Assembly: GCA_965220625.1 (NCBI GenBank)
Contig: CBDCQN010000002.1
Coordinates: 278,622 to 342,621, forward strand
DNA length: 64,000 bases
Reading direction: 5' to 3'
Source of the DNA: Dehalococcoidia bacterium
GTDB taxonomy: Bacteria > Chloroflexota > Dehalococcoidia > Lucifugimonadales > UBA3495
The notes below the pieces were generated by a model. It saw nothing but the letters and a program-made list of their open reading frames with translations, searched no databases and was not told the DNA's origin. The stretch's first letter is position 1, and every line of letters starts with the position of its first letter. Below are positions 41,961 to 53,294 of the stretch, piece after piece. Both the position numbers and the translations under genes were made by a program.

Positions 41961-42390
41961 CGAGTTCGCCAATGGCGGGGCCCCGCACACCGGCCGCATG
42001 AGTAGGACGCGCCTCACCCTGACGCCACAGACTGGGCAATCTGGCGAGAAAGGGTTCCAGGCTTTCGCCCTGAGGAGTCTCCCGAAGTTGGGGAGAACTG
42101 ACTGCCATCAAGGCCGACTGGGCTTCCCTGATGGTGTGCAACAACGCCACCGGATCCAGCATGGCCCGGCGTTGGCGCATTGCTTCCTTCGTCTCCTCGT
42201 TGACTGTGTCGTGTTGCATCCGGCGGTCGCAGGGCGTGGCCGACGGGCTGTAACATTTGACCACGGTGGCGCCTTCTCGGGTTTTCTCTAGCAACTTGAA
42301 CGACGGCTGAAAGTAGTTCACGTACCGACGCATCGCCCCGTACAAGTGGGCCATGGTTTGTCCGGCGATCGGGCCGGAGTAACGCCGTCC
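41960..42390 (-). mobile_element. internal fragment of an ISNCY/integrase-type transposase
   Basis: LYGAMRRYVNYFQPSFKLLEKTREG...LDPVALL...WRQGEARPTH. Confidence 0.75.
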
Positions 42391-42424
42391 ACAGAACGGT
42401 CCTCGCAGCTTCAGCGTCCCGCTT

Positions 42425-42819
42425 TTTGGACTGTCCTTGGTATGACCTTGGCATTTAGCGCGATGTTCGCCGGAGCGGCCCTAATCTCGTCTAGCTCCGC
42501 CGTTAGTGAGTTCAGTGTAGATTGGCTGATGTGGGTGCTTCTAGCATCGTTATTGTTTGGAGTGTTATTCCTCTTGATCGGCGGTGCGTTGGCACTTAGC
42601 GCCCTCCGAATTGCCAATATTTATACTTGGACGCTAGATGACGAGGTAAAAGACACTACCGATGAGACTAGGGCCGTGACGGTCCTTTGGTACGTAGAGT
42701 TAAACCAGGAGGCTACCCGGCTCAAGACGAATAAAATCGACGCCAGCTATACTTGCATACGGAACGGAGTGATTGCACTGGCGATTGCGGCAATTGTCAT
42801 GGCCTGTTCCAGGATCTAG
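42425..42819 (+). pseudogene. 5'-truncated three-TM membrane protein
   Basis: Two hydrophobic helices, a polar loop, N...K..K motif and a final TM helix; lower GC. Confidence 0.45.
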
Positions 42820-43292
42820 CTATGGTGTCCACGTTCGGGCTGTGAACATCAATCGCCACGGGGGTTTCCGTTCGGTTTGGGATGATAACCTGCAGGGGAC
42901 ATGATGGTTCCTCTATACGGACACGATACTCTATGCCGGTGTCATTTCCACCGTCATACCGTCTATGGCGATTGCGTACCAACAAAGACTGAATAGTTCG
43001 TCAATGGTATTTGCTCTCCTGAGTGCTTCCCCCAAACGAGGACCATGTAGACGCCCGGCCCCTTTTCGTCTATCACCGTAGATATGTCGGCTTCTATTTC
43101 AAAATCCGAATCGGACAACCGCCATATATCAGCAACAGTCCACGGCACCAACGCTGTATGGAATGAAGGTAGCCCGCCCGTTCAGTGGGACGCTATGCTC
43201 CCACCGGGCCTGCCTACGCTCCCCCGGAACGGTCTAGGTGGTCGTGCCCGGGCTGCCGCCGCAAGGTTGGCTGACCTCGGCAAGCCCCCTAT

Positions 43293-43847
43293 TTAGATGG
43301 GCAGCACGGGCTCGGACATGTTGCTGGGAAGATCCAGCACAACGGCATTGGCGTTGAAGGACAGCATCGCGTAGTACCCCATGAGGCCGACCAACTCCGC
43401 AAAACCCTGCCTGCCGAACTGTTCCAGCACGGCGTCAAAGGTCTCCCGGCTTACCCGATGGGTCTGGTAGAACTCCGTCCCCAGGTCAATAGCCGCCGAC
43501 TCGTCAGCGGCCAATTCGGGAAGCGGCTGCTTGTCCCTTAACGCATCGACCAACCCATCGCTGAGCCCCTCCCGGCGTCCCGGGGCCGCGTGAGCGTTCC
43601 AGATGTACTGGCAGTCCATGTTGCGTGCCGCAATCAACATTGCCAATTCCTGTATCTTCTTGGGCAGGCTGGATTCGTTCCGTAGATATGCCGAAAGATG
43701 CATCGCCCGTTTGGCCATTTCCGGACTGTTTTTCATAATGGATGTGGGGCCGGACCCAACACCGTCAGGAGGAGCGGAAACCTCGTCGAAGGCCGATTGA
43801 TGTTGTTCTGCGACCAAGTCCCGGCTAATGGGTGACAGGCGTGCCAT
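43293..43847 (-). CDS. carboxymuconolactone decarboxylase/AhpD-like protein
   Basis: ELAMLIAAR...YIWNAH...ELVGLMGYY. Confidence 0.85.
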   Translation of the reverse strand: MARLSPISRDLVAEQHQSAFDEVSAPPDGVGSGPTSIMKNSPEMAKRAMHLSAYLRNESSLPKKIQELAMLIAARNMDCQYIWNAHAAPGRREGLSDGLVDALRDKQPLPELAADESAAIDLGTEFYQTHRVSRETFDAVLEQFGRQGFAELVGLMGYYAMLSFNANAVVLDLPSNMSEPVLPI

Positions 43848-43926
43848 GACAGTCCTCCCCGATTTTCAGGATACGATGATTGACCTGCCGCCTTTGCCGG
43901 CAGCCGGGCATGACGGCGCGTTGTCT

Positions 43927-45111
43927 TCAGAACGCTGCCCTCAGCACCTCCATGATCGGGCCGGCGTCGGTGACGAGCTTGGGGTTGGTGCTCAGGCTCC
44001 GGTCGTGCAGCGTCGCCGCAGCGATGAACTCCAGACCGTCTTCGGGGACGTCGACCTCCCGCAGGGTGCGGGGCAGGCCGAGTTCCCGGCACAGGGCGTC
44101 CACGGCGTCGGCCGCCGCCAGCCCGGCGTCCTCGTCGGTCATTCGGCTGTTCGCCACCCCGATGGCTTCAGCGATCAGGCGTTGGCGGCCAGCGCTGGCA
44201 TCCAGGTTGTAGCGCATGGTGTGGGGCAGCAGGATGGCATTGGCCTCCCCATGGGGCACCCCGTACAGCCCGCCCACGTGGTGGCAGGTGGCCGTGTTGA
44301 GGCCGAGGCCTCCGAAGGATCCCAGGGATGCCATCGCGCAGGCCGTCTTGGTATTCAGAAGGGTGTCGATGTCCCCATACCGGCAGCGGGGCAGGTTCGC
44401 GAACAGCAACCGGATGGCGTGGAGGGCCATCCCGTCCCCGATGGGATTGTGACCCGTGGAGTAAACTGTTTCAATGGCGATGCGCATCTGTCCGATTGCG
44501 GTGGAGACCAGGATCCGCAGCGGCGTCGTGGCCAATGCCTGCCCGTCTATGATGACCGTGCGGTGCGTCACGCCCTCGCCCGCGAGGATAAGTTTGCGCC
44601 CCAGGTGATGGTCGGTGATGCCGCCCCCGCCGCTGCTGAACTCGGCACAGCCCATGGTGGTGGGCACGCTCAGTATCGGGAGTTTGGGAGAGGGGGTAGG
44701 CGGCACGGTTATCCGGTCGGGCGGCTCGAAAATAATCTCGTAGTCGTGAATGTCGCCGCCCTCGGCCAGCAGGGTCGCCATGGCCTTGGTGGTGTCGTGG
44801 GTGCTGCCACCGCCGACGCTGATGAACATGTCGGGCTGCACTTCCCTGGCCATTTCCACCCCGGCCTCCACGGTCTCCACCGGAGAGTGGGGCGCCACCC
44901 CCGAGTAGGTGCCGGCGTAGCGCTGACCCAGCGCCTCCTGAACTCTCGGCACCACGTTGCACGCCTGCAGAATGGTTGGGCCGCAGGTGATCATCACCCA
45001 CCCGCAACCGAGGTCGTCCACCGTCCGGGGCAGTTCGTCGATGGCAGTCTCGTGGCAGATGATGTCTTGGTGCAGCGGGTTGTACCGGTAGCTCGTTGTT
45101 TTGTCCGACAT
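43927..45111 (-). CDS. iron-containing alcohol dehydrogenase family protein
   Basis: SVGGGSTHDTTKA, VPTT and HHVGG...VPHG motifs. Confidence 0.92.
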   Translation of the reverse strand: MSDKTTSYRYNPLHQDIICHETAIDELPRTVDDLGCGWVMITCGPTILQACNVVPRVQEALGQRYAGTYSGVAPHSPVETVEAGVEMAREVQPDMFISVGGGSTHDTTKAMATLLAEGGDIHDYEIIFEPPDRITVPPTPSPKLPILSVPTTMGCAEFSSGGGGITDHHLGRKLILAGEGVTHRTVIIDGQALATTPLRILVSTAIGQMRIAIETVYSTGHNPIGDGMALHAIRLLFANLPRCRYGDIDTLLNTKTACAMASLGSFGGLGLNTATCHHVGGLYGVPHGEANAILLPHTMRYNLDASAGRQRLIAEAIGVANSRMTDEDAGLAAADAVDALCRELGLPRTLREVDVPEDGLEFIAAATLHDRSLSTNPKLVTDAGPIMEVLRAAF

Positions 45112-45452
45112 TCTCACTGGACCTCCTGTGCAGATTCCCCATGACGCTGTCGGTGAGTGGGTCCGGCGGGTTCCGTTCGTTGTCCTGCTGCATCCCACGC
45201 GGCCCGCGTCAGGGCCATCTGTGACAGGGACCCGCTGGCATTGTAACAGGCGCCTCCGGAGTTGTTGGGGGTGTGGGCAGCGATAGAGAGTTTCGTGCGC
45301 TTGCTGCAGAACCTTCCGCTTTCGAGGCCCCTGACTGGCAACAGGAACATACCAGGTGATTACACAGAGAACCCACGTTGCCGGGGTAGCCGTGTGACGT
45401 GGCGAGGCGGGTGATGGTGATGACCTGCCTGGGGTCTGTACCACCCGCTTGG

Positions 45453-45818
45453 TTAATCCGGCAGCAACTCCACCTCCACCAAGGGGCTGCTCTCAACCCA
45501 AGCTTCCAGGTCACGGTTGCCGCCAATTTTCTGGTGGATTCGGGAAATGATGTCCCGCCGCTGCTCCCGGTCCCTGATTGACGTCGCCCGGGCGGTCAAG
45601 TCGGCCTGGGCGCTCTGCTTGAGGTGAAAAATGAACCGGGGGTTTGCCACCAGGTTGGCGTACCAATCGCGACTGCCGGGCGTGCCGGTAATGTAGAGCC
45701 GGCCTTCGATATTGTGGAACCAGATCTCCTTGAGTCGGGGCTGCCCGGTATTCCGTCCAGTGGTGGTGATATCGATGGTGCGGTCCCGTTCCAGGGCTTG
45801 TCGCACTGCTTCATCCAT
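45453..45818 (-). CDS. deazaflavin-dependent nitroreductase-family protein
   Basis: ITTTGRNTGQPR...DWYANLVANP. Confidence 0.85.
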   Translation of the reverse strand: MDEAVRQALERDRTIDITTTGRNTGQPRLKEIWFHNIEGRLYITGTPGSRDWYANLVANPRFIFHLKQSAQADLTARATSIRDREQRRDIISRIHQKIGGNRDLEAWVESSPLVEVELLPD

Positions 45819-45879
45819 GTTTCGTCGCCCTCCACTACCGTACGGTTGGAGTTCCTTGGGATTTCCCTGGTCTCCCCGC

Positions 45880-46839
45880 CTACCCGGCCACTGACTGGGA
45901 AATCCGTCCCAGAAGTCCCGTGGTGCGCTCCAGCGATCCCTCCCGGTCCGGCCCTGCAGGCACCGGAGAGGCCATGAGTTCGGCCGCGCCCATTTCCAGC
46001 AGTCCTCGCAGCCCCTCCGATACCTGCTCCTCGTTCCCGGACACCGCAACGGCGTCCACCATTCCGGGGCTCCACACGCCCTCGGTTACTTCAGGAAACC
46101 CGGCGTTGTTGAACATGTTTCGGTAGAAGGGCGCCCTGGCAAAACCTCTGAATTGTTCCGCGATGGCTTCCCGGGCCTCCTCGCGGTCGTCGTGGACACA
46201 CACCGGCACATGGGCTATCAGAGGAGGAGTGGCGCGGCCGGCCTGCCCGGCCCCGCGCTGCATGGCCGGCAGGGCAACATCCCGCAGGTAGGCCCCGGGA
46301 CACACCCAGCTGATCGCGCCGTCGGCTTCGGCCCCGCACATCTCGAACGCGCCCTCCCCCAGGGCGGCGGCCATCACCGGCACGTCAACTGAGGCGGGAA
46401 TACTGGTGTGAGCTTGGTAATAGCGCCCGGAGTAGTCCACTGAACCCTCTTGCAGTAATGCCTTCAGGATGCGTACATACTCCCTGAGGTGGGCCAGGGG
46501 CGCCCGGAAGTTTATGCCAAGGGTCTGCTCCACTCCTCCTTGACCGCTGGTGCCCAACCCCAGCCGGAACCGGTTGGGAGCCAGTTGGGCCAGGGTCAAG
46601 ACCTGCTGGGCAACGGCGATGGGATGGCGGGGAAAGGTCTGCGTTATGGCTGTGCCGAACATGATGCTCCGGGTGCGGGGTCCGGCGGCTGCGAAAACGC
46701 TGAGGCTGTCTCCCCCGCCGGTGCTGCCGCTGGTCATCCAAGCCGCGCCGATGCCGCGATTCTCCATGTCCTCCACCGCTCCCAGGGCGGCGTTGCTGTC
46801 GGCGGCCGTTACCGCCATGCCGATTCTCTGCTGGGCCAT
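45880..46839 (-). CDS. LLM-class (F420-type) oxidoreductase
   Basis: FGTAI..TFPRHP...RFRLGLG...ADG. Confidence 0.9.
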   Translation of the reverse strand: MAQQRIGMAVTAADSNAALGAVEDMENRGIGAAWMTSGSTGGGDSLSVFAAAGPRTRSIMFGTAITQTFPRHPIAVAQQVLTLAQLAPNRFRLGLGTSGQGGVEQTLGINFRAPLAHLREYVRILKALLQEGSVDYSGRYYQAHTSIPASVDVPVMAAALGEGAFEMCGAEADGAISWVCPGAYLRDVALPAMQRGAGQAGRATPPLIAHVPVCVHDDREEAREAIAEQFRGFARAPFYRNMFNNAGFPEVTEGVWSPGMVDAVAVSGNEEQVSEGLRGLLEMGAAELMASPVPAGPDREGSLERTTGLLGRISQSVAG

Positions 46840-47084
46840 ATCCACTCCACCAAGTTCCAATTAACGTCAGGATACTGTCGCTAGCCGGGAGTTTAGGAGC
46901 GTTGCGCATCCCGGTCAACGAGTCCTCGTTCCCCAGAAGGGTCGTTCCATTATGAGCCCGAAATTTCACTCTTGTCAGAAAGTTTAGACCCGGAGGGACA
47001 AATGTCATCCGGGTATCTGGAATCCGACTGTGATGACTGATTTGGGTGAGCCGGGCGATTGCGTCGACGCCGGGAGCAGCGCGA

Positions 47085-47329
47085 AGGGAGTAGCGTCGCC
47101 CGCCCGCTCTGCCAGTTGCCAGTCCTTCTTGGGCGCCACCGGGCAGCAGCCCCTTAAGATAGTCCAATACCCGCCGGGGCTCTGGGACCGTCCTGCAATA
47201 CACTGACGCAGCCGCTCAATACCCACGGCCCACCTCGACACTTCCACGATCCCATCGTCGACACCTGCCAGCCCCTAGCCTCTCTTCAGACCTCGACCAC
47301 TGATGTCCGATGTGGCCGCAGGCAATACG
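47085..47329 (-). mobile_element. IS701-family left-end remnant
   Basis: EPRRVLDYLKGLL and WQLAERAGDATP fragments. Confidence 0.65.
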
Positions 47330-47401
47330 ATTTCCTCGTAAGTTGATTATCTCTAACCTATATTCAATATTAAGTGCTATCATTGAATAAGAGAGAGGCC
47401 T

Positions 47402-48670
47402 ATGGCACGTTTGGATTCAAGAACATGGGACGCCGGTTACCGTGGGTTAACCAGACGCGACCGCCGACCCTGCCAGTATTCAGTATACATGCCTGACCCT
47501 CTGGTCGGGCGCCACTTTGTTCTGGAGGGCGATGTGGCCGCAGAGGTCGCTGACGCTGAGGCCGAGCTGGTTCGCCTCAACACTGCCGTTGAGGCCCTCG
47601 CTGATACCGAGGCACTTGCCAGACTGCTACTGCGCGCCGAATCAGTCGCCTCTTCCAAAATCGAAGGCCTGGTGATCGGGGGAAGGCGTTTGCTCCGTGC
47701 CGACGCAGTGCAGCGCATGGGCGAAGACCCGCGAGACGTCACGGCCATAGAGGTGTTGGCCAACATAGATGCCATGGTATGCGGGATTGAAGCAGTCGAT
47801 GCTGGCGGTCTGCTTACCTTGAATGCTCTGCTGGAGATGCACCGCCGCCTGCTGGCCGGCTCTCGGGTCGAAGACCACGGTGGCCGCATCCGGACGGAAC
47901 AGAACTGGATCGGAGGCAGCGATTACAATCCCTGCTCGGCGGATTTCGTACCCCCACCCCCCGAGGAAGTGCCGGGCTTGTTGGAAGACTTGTTGATCTT
48001 CTGCAATGATGACTCACTTCCCGCATTGGCCCAAGCAGCAGTCGCCCATGCACAGTTCGAAACCATACATCCTTTCGCAGACGGCAACGGCCGAGCCGGA
48101 CGATCGTTGATCCATCTGGTACTGCGCCGGCGCGGCATCACACCGCACTTCCTTCCCCCGGTGTCCCTCGTCCTCGCAACATTGGTGAATGAATACGTGG
48201 CCGGCCTTACAGCTACTCGCTATGTCGGGCGGCCGGATTCCGACATAGCTCATGAAGGAATCAACCGATGGATAATGGTGTTTGCTGGAGCTGCCCGTCG
48301 GGCAGTTGAGGACGCCAGGCGATTCGAGCAGCAGGTGCGGAAACTGAAGGCCTCCTGGACGGAGAGAGTAGGCAGTCCAAGGCACGATTCGACAGTGCGT
48401 CTGCTCATTGGAGCACTGCCAGCGGCCCCGGTACTGACTACGAGTACTGCGTCGGAGTTGACCGGACGCTCGTTCCAAGCGACAAATCTAGCTATTTCCC
48501 GGCTAGCGGACGCAGGCGTGCTGGTGCAGGTCAATGTCGGCAGGCGCAATCGGGCATTCGAAGCACCAGAGCTGATCGATGCTTTCACATCGATGGAGAG
48601 GCAACTGGCAAGCCCAGGCGGAGATACCCGCATTTCCCGACCTGCCCGCCAAGTGCCAGCGCGTCCGTGA
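47402..48670 (+). CDS. Fic-family protein with C-terminal wHTH
   Basis: ESVASSKIEG and HPFADGNGRAGR motifs. Confidence 0.93.
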   Translation: MARLDSRTWDAGYRGLTRRDRRPCQYSVYMPDPLVGRHFVLEGDVAAEVADAEAELVRLNTAVEALADTEALARLLLRAESVASSKIEGLVIGGRRLLRADAVQRMGEDPRDVTAIEVLANIDAMVCGIEAVDAGGLLTLNALLEMHRRLLAGSRVEDHGGRIRTEQNWIGGSDYNPCSADFVPPPPEEVPGLLEDLLIFCNDDSLPALAQAAVAHAQFETIHPFADGNGRAGRSLIHLVLRRRGITPHFLPPVSLVLATLVNEYVAGLTATRYVGRPDSDIAHEGINRWIMVFAGAARRAVEDARRFEQQVRKLKASWTERVGSPRHDSTVRLLIGALPAAPVLTTSTASELTGRSFQATNLAISRLADAGVLVQVNVGRRNRAFEAPELIDAFTSMERQLASPGGDTRISRPARQVPARP

Positions 48671-48758
48671 TCGTCATGGTCATCATCCAGGCTTCTTGAT
48701 TGAGCTGCAAGACTCGCCCTCAGGCTAGTGGTCAGTCAAACCCGCAGTGTCAGATATT

Positions 48759-49040
48759 TCATGCGGTGAACCGACGTCCGACCGTGGCGGGGCCTACCAT
48801 CAGGGCTTTCGCTACCTGTTGGTCGGTAAGGCCTTCATCGGCTTTGCACAAAATCAGAGACCGCTTTACTTTACGCCCCGAGGATTGGCCCCGCCGGGTG
48901 ATACCCAGCAAATGTTCCCGCTCGGCTTTGGTCAAGTTCACTCGATATAGCTTGGCTGGCATTCCCCACACCTCTCCACAATCAAAGGATGCCTCCATTA
49001 TACCAATTCTTATAGTTGTCAAAAACAGCCGGACGCGGTA
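48759..49040 (-). mobile_element. IS630-family N-terminal remnant
   Basis: MPAKLYRVNLTKAEREHL...ILCKADEGLTDQQVAKAL; TAGTAC end. Confidence 0.7.
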
Positions 49041-50280
49041 CTAAACCAAAGCCAAGGTGGGATGTGCATTTGCCGGGTGCTGGGAATCGGGGCGGGAGTC
49101 TCGCGGGAGTGTTTCGGCCCTTGATTGCAGGACCGTCCGGCAGCGCCGTCTCACCTCGTCTTTCCGGCTGGACAGCCCGGCCAGGAATTTGCCGACCCTC
49201 TCCCGCACCGCCGCCCTGCTCCCCAGGCACAGATTGCCAGTGGCCTCCTCTCTCGCCCAGCCCCAGATAGCCTCATCGGCGTTGAAGTCCGGGCTGTAGC
49301 CCGGCAGGTTCACCAGCCTCAGCTCCAGCTCAGGCGTCCTGAGGTACTCCCGCATCGCCTCCCCACGGTGGGCTGGCGCATTGTCCCAGATGACCCGCAG
49401 CGGCCCTGGATGCTTTTCCTTCAGTTGCGTCAGGAAGGCAACCGAGGTCCCGCTGTTGCTGTTGCCCTCCAGTTCCATCCATTCCACCTCGCCCGTCTCC
49501 AGGCACACCGCTGAATAGTAGCTGGCCTTCTCCCCATACCGCGGGCTATTGGAGTCCACCAACGCCGGCTTACCCTTCAGCACCCACTTGCCCCGCAATT
49601 CCGCGTCCGCCCGGAAGTGGGCCTCGTCAGCAAAGAATATTCTGGCTTCAGTCCGTTGGGCCTCCTCCCACAGGGCGGCGTACTCCGCCACGAAGGCCTC
49701 CCGCTTGGACTCATTCCCCTTGACCAGACGCTTCTTGGGGCGCTTGAAGGCAAACCCCAGCCGGTGAAGCCAGTTCAGGCAACTGCTGCGGCATAGGCTG
49801 ATGCCAAACCGTTCTGAGACAAACTGCCGCACCACCTTCCAATACCAGTTGGCCAGTTGGATGCCCGCCGCGGCGGGCCGTTGCTCCACCGCCCCTTTCA
49901 ACTCCTCCTGCTGCGCCTGGTCAAGGGCGGGGGGGAACCACCGGTCTGCTCGAATATCAGCGCCGCAGGCCCTCCCTCACCGAAGGCCGACGCCCAACGT
50001 CCGATAGTGTGGGGGTCCCGCTCCAGCGCCTCCGCCGTCGCCGCTGCCGTCAAGCCCTGAGCCAGCAGCAGGATGGCGTACCACCGCTCCCGCTCCCGGG
50101 GTGTGGGAGCCAGAATCATCCGCCGACGCAAATCCGTGGCATCCATCCGCCATTGTTCCAGAAACCGCTCTTTCTCCCTTACGCCCATCATCAACCCCTC
50201 CCTGACGACACCGAAAGCTAACCCAGCGACTCCCCAAATTTACCCCATCTTTCTGCGCATTTCACCTTGGCTTGGTTTAG
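49041..50280 (-). mobile_element. IS630-family element with two-ORF frameshift transposase
   Basis: IRs CTAAACCAAAGCCAAGGTG and CACCTTGGCTTGGTTTAG; ORFs 49898-50194 and 49041-49901 meet near GGTTCCCCCCC; FADEAHF, WDNAPAH and YSPDFNADE motifs. Confidence 0.88.
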
Positions 50281-50331
50281 TTTTGCGGGTCAATGAAGGT
50301 GATCATCCGGTACTGGATGGGAGGTGCCGGA

Positions 50332-51813
50332 GTGGTTACAGACCAGCAAGTTGTTTTGCTGAGGCAGAGACGAATGGAAAGAAAGACACAGCAGACATCG
50401 GCGGCCATGGCCGGGATGAGCATCCGGTCAGCGCAGAAGTGGCAGTGTGGCCCCTTGCCGTCGGAAACCAAGCAGGAGCGCCGGTGGCGCACCCCTCCCG
50501 ATCCCTTTGACGGCGTCTGGGAGGAAGAAATCCTGCCCCTGCTCAGGGGCGAGGCCGCCGGCAGGCTCAGGGCAACGACAATTATCGAGTGGCTGGAGGA
50601 GAAATTTCCCGGCCGGTTCAGCGCCTCCCAGGTCCGCACCCTGCAACGCCGATTACAGGACTGGCGGGCACTCAACGGTCCGGACCAGGAGGTCTACTTC
50701 CCCCAGGAGCATCCACCTGGCCGGGAGGCGCAGCTCGACTTCACCCACTGCAACTCTCTGGGAGTAACCATCGGCGGCCGGCGCTACCACCACCTGCTGT
50801 TCCAGCTGGTGTTGAGCCATTCAGGGTGGCGCTACGCCGAGGGTGGTTGCTGGCGAGACCTTTCTGGCCCTGAAGCAGGGACTGCAGAACGCGCTCTGGG
50901 AACTGGGCGGCGCGCCCCAGGTCATACGCTCCGACAACACCTCGGCCCTCACCCATGAAATAAAGCGCAGCCGCGGCCGGGCCCTGAACGACAACTACGC
51001 CGAGCTCCTGAACCACTACGGGCTCGAGTCCACGCTGATCAATTCCGGGGAATCCCACGAGAATGGCGTGGCCGATCAGGCTCATTACCGGTTGAAGGAC
51101 GCTTTGGACCAGGCTCTGATGCTGCGGGGCAGCCGCGACTTCGATTCCGCCGAGTCCTACACCGGCTTCGTTGGCAAGGTGGTTGAGCGGCGCAACCGCC
51201 TGGTGCAGGGGAAGCTGGAGGAGGAACGCCCACTTCTGCAGTGCCTGCCTCCAGCTCCAGGGCCGGAGTACGTCAACTACCAGGCCCGGGTGCGCAAGTG
51301 GAGCACCATCCAGGCAGCCGGACGGACCTACACCGTACCCTCCCGGCTCATCGGAAAGGAGGTGCAGATACGCTTGTACGCCGAGCATCTGGAAGTGTAC
51401 TAAAGGGGCCACTTGGTGGAACGCATGGAGCGGATGCGCGGTGAAAGGGAGGCCAACGCCAATTACCGCCACGTCATCGGCTCCCTGGTGGCAAGCCCCG
51501 GGGCCTTCGCCCGCTACCGGTTCCGTGAGCAGATGTTTCCCACCATGACCTTCCGCTTGGCCTACGACGCCCTCAAGAGGTGGCGAGGCGAACGGACTGA
51601 CGTGGAGTACGTGCGGATCCTGCACCTTGCGGCGACAACTATGGAGTCCACGGTGGACAGCGCTTTGGTCCTGCTGCTGGAGGCCGGAGAGCCATTCGAC
51701 TATGCCATTGTGAAAGAACTGGCGAATCCCACGCCGCCGCGGGCACCGGTGCTGAGCCTGTCCGGGATGCCGGACCTGACGGTCTACGACGCTCTGCTGG
51801 CGGGGGTGGCCTG
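50332..51813 (+). pseudogene. istA: IS21-family istA with a frameshift and internal stop
   Basis: AQLDFT, RSDN, HENG and YTVPSRLIG motifs; shift near 50840 and TAA at 51401. Confidence 0.88.
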
Positions 51814-52165
51814 ATGATGGAGCCAACGCCATTCAGGTCCGGATTGGGGAGCTGTGCCACCAATTCCGGTTGCCCGCCATGGGGGCGCAGTCGGTGTCCC
51901 GATTCACCGCCGCGGGGCACGGCGACGCCCTGGAGACCCTGCTGGAAGTGCTGGAGCAGGAGGCCGAGGACCGGAGGCAGCGCCGCATCGGCAGGCTGCG
52001 CACCGCGTCCAGACTGCCCGCCGGCAAAACCTGGGAGACCTTCGAGCACGACCGTGTGCCCCTGGCTCTGCGGCAGTAACTGGGCGAGCTGTCTGACGGC
52101 AGCTTCGTCGACCGCGGCGTCAACGTGCTGGCCTTCGGACTGCCCGGCACCGGCAAGACCCATGC
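51813..52165 (+). pseudogene. istB: IS21-family istB fragment
   Basis: SRLPAGKTWETF...GLPGTGKTH Walker A, then cut by IS3. Confidence 0.82.
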
Positions 52166-53032
52166 TCAGCTGCGGCCCCGGGCGGAGTACCTCCAGGTGG
52201 CCTACGGCGTGAGCGAGCGCCGGGCCTGCGAGGTGCTGACACTGCCCCGGGCCAGCCACCGCTACAGGAGCGTGGCAGATGAGCAGGCTGCCCTCAAGAT
52301 GAGAATCAGGGACTTGGCCCAGGCCCGGGTGAGCTACGGCTACCGGCGCCTCCACGTGCTTTTGCAGCGGGAGGGGTGGGCGGTGAACCACAAGAGGGTC
52401 TACCGGCTCTATAGCCAGGAAGGCCTGATGCTGAGGACGAAGAGGCCGAAGCTGCACGTGTTGTGTCAAAGACGGACGGAGCGGCCGGTGGCCTCGGGGA
52501 TTGATGAGAGCTGGTCCATGGACTTCATGAGCGATGAGCTCTTTGACGGGCGGCGGATCCGGCTCTTAACGATAGTCGATAACTTTACTCGTGAGAGTCT
52601 GGCCATCAAGGTGGCGGCCAGCATCAAGGGAGAAGCGGTCGTAGGTGTCCTGCAGCGGCTGATGGAGCAGCACCGGCTTCCCCGGACCATCCGGGTAGAC
52701 AACGGTCCGGAATTCACTTCGAAGCCACTGAACCAGTGGGCCTATCTGAACGGGGTGGAGCTGGATTTCAGTAGGCCGGGCAAGCCCACGGACAACGCCT
52801 TCATCGAGGCTTTCAACGGTCGGTTCAGGCAGGAATGTTTGAACGAGAACTGGTTCCTGTCTCTGGAAGACGCCCAGGAGAAGGTGGAGTCCTGGCAGAG
52901 ACACTACAATGGCGAAAAGCCCCACAGTGCGTTCGGAAACCTGTCCCCCAGGGAGTTCGCCGTACTGGCGGTAATAGGAGATTGACCCGCAAAACTCGCA
53001 CTACGCCTGGTACAGAAAGTGGGGCAAGACCA
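52165..53032 (+). mobile_element. IS3-family (IS407-like) orfB and right end
   Basis: YGYRRL, WSMDF, DNGPEF and IEAFNGRFRQECLN motifs; ends ...GGGGCAAGACCA. Confidence 0.9.
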
Positions 53033-53185
53033 CTAGGACAGCAGCCTACCAATCGCCCCCTGTTTGCAAACATTTTGCAAACGAACTCCACGCATCTCCA
53101 CTACATCCCACACTATTCCAGGCCCCCGACAGCTATAATTTCTGGCCCTGAGAACTCCTTAAGATACTCCACAACCCCACTTTAT

Positions 53186-53227
53186 CGGATTAAGAGTCCG
53201 TTGCTCTGCCAGTTGAGCTAGCGGGCC
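53186..53227 (-). tRNA. 5' half of tRNA-Lys(CTT); T-arm and 3' acceptor strand absent
   Basis: GGCCCGC-TA-GCTC-AACTGGCA-GAGC-A-ACGGA-CTCTTAA-TCCG, then non-tRNA sequence. Confidence 0.88.
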
Positions 53228-53264
53228 AAATGGCGCGGCGGCCAACACGTTGGCCTCTGGATGC

Positions 53265-53294
53265 AATCTATCAACATTGCGAGGCCACTGTCAA
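53265..53294 (-). promoter_or_regulatory. promoter of the tRNA-Lys locus
   Basis: TTGACA, 18-bp spacer, TAGATT. Confidence 0.55.

Noticed and set aside
47106-47118. GCTCTGCCAGTTG identical to part of the tRNA half, suggesting a second att site
   Set aside because: It lies within the WQLAER codons of an IS701 remnant and matches the D-arm, not the breakpoint; probably chance.
52125-52985. Apparent ATPase-integrase fusion ORF
   Set aside because: Chance in-frame junction of truncated istB and IS3 orfB.
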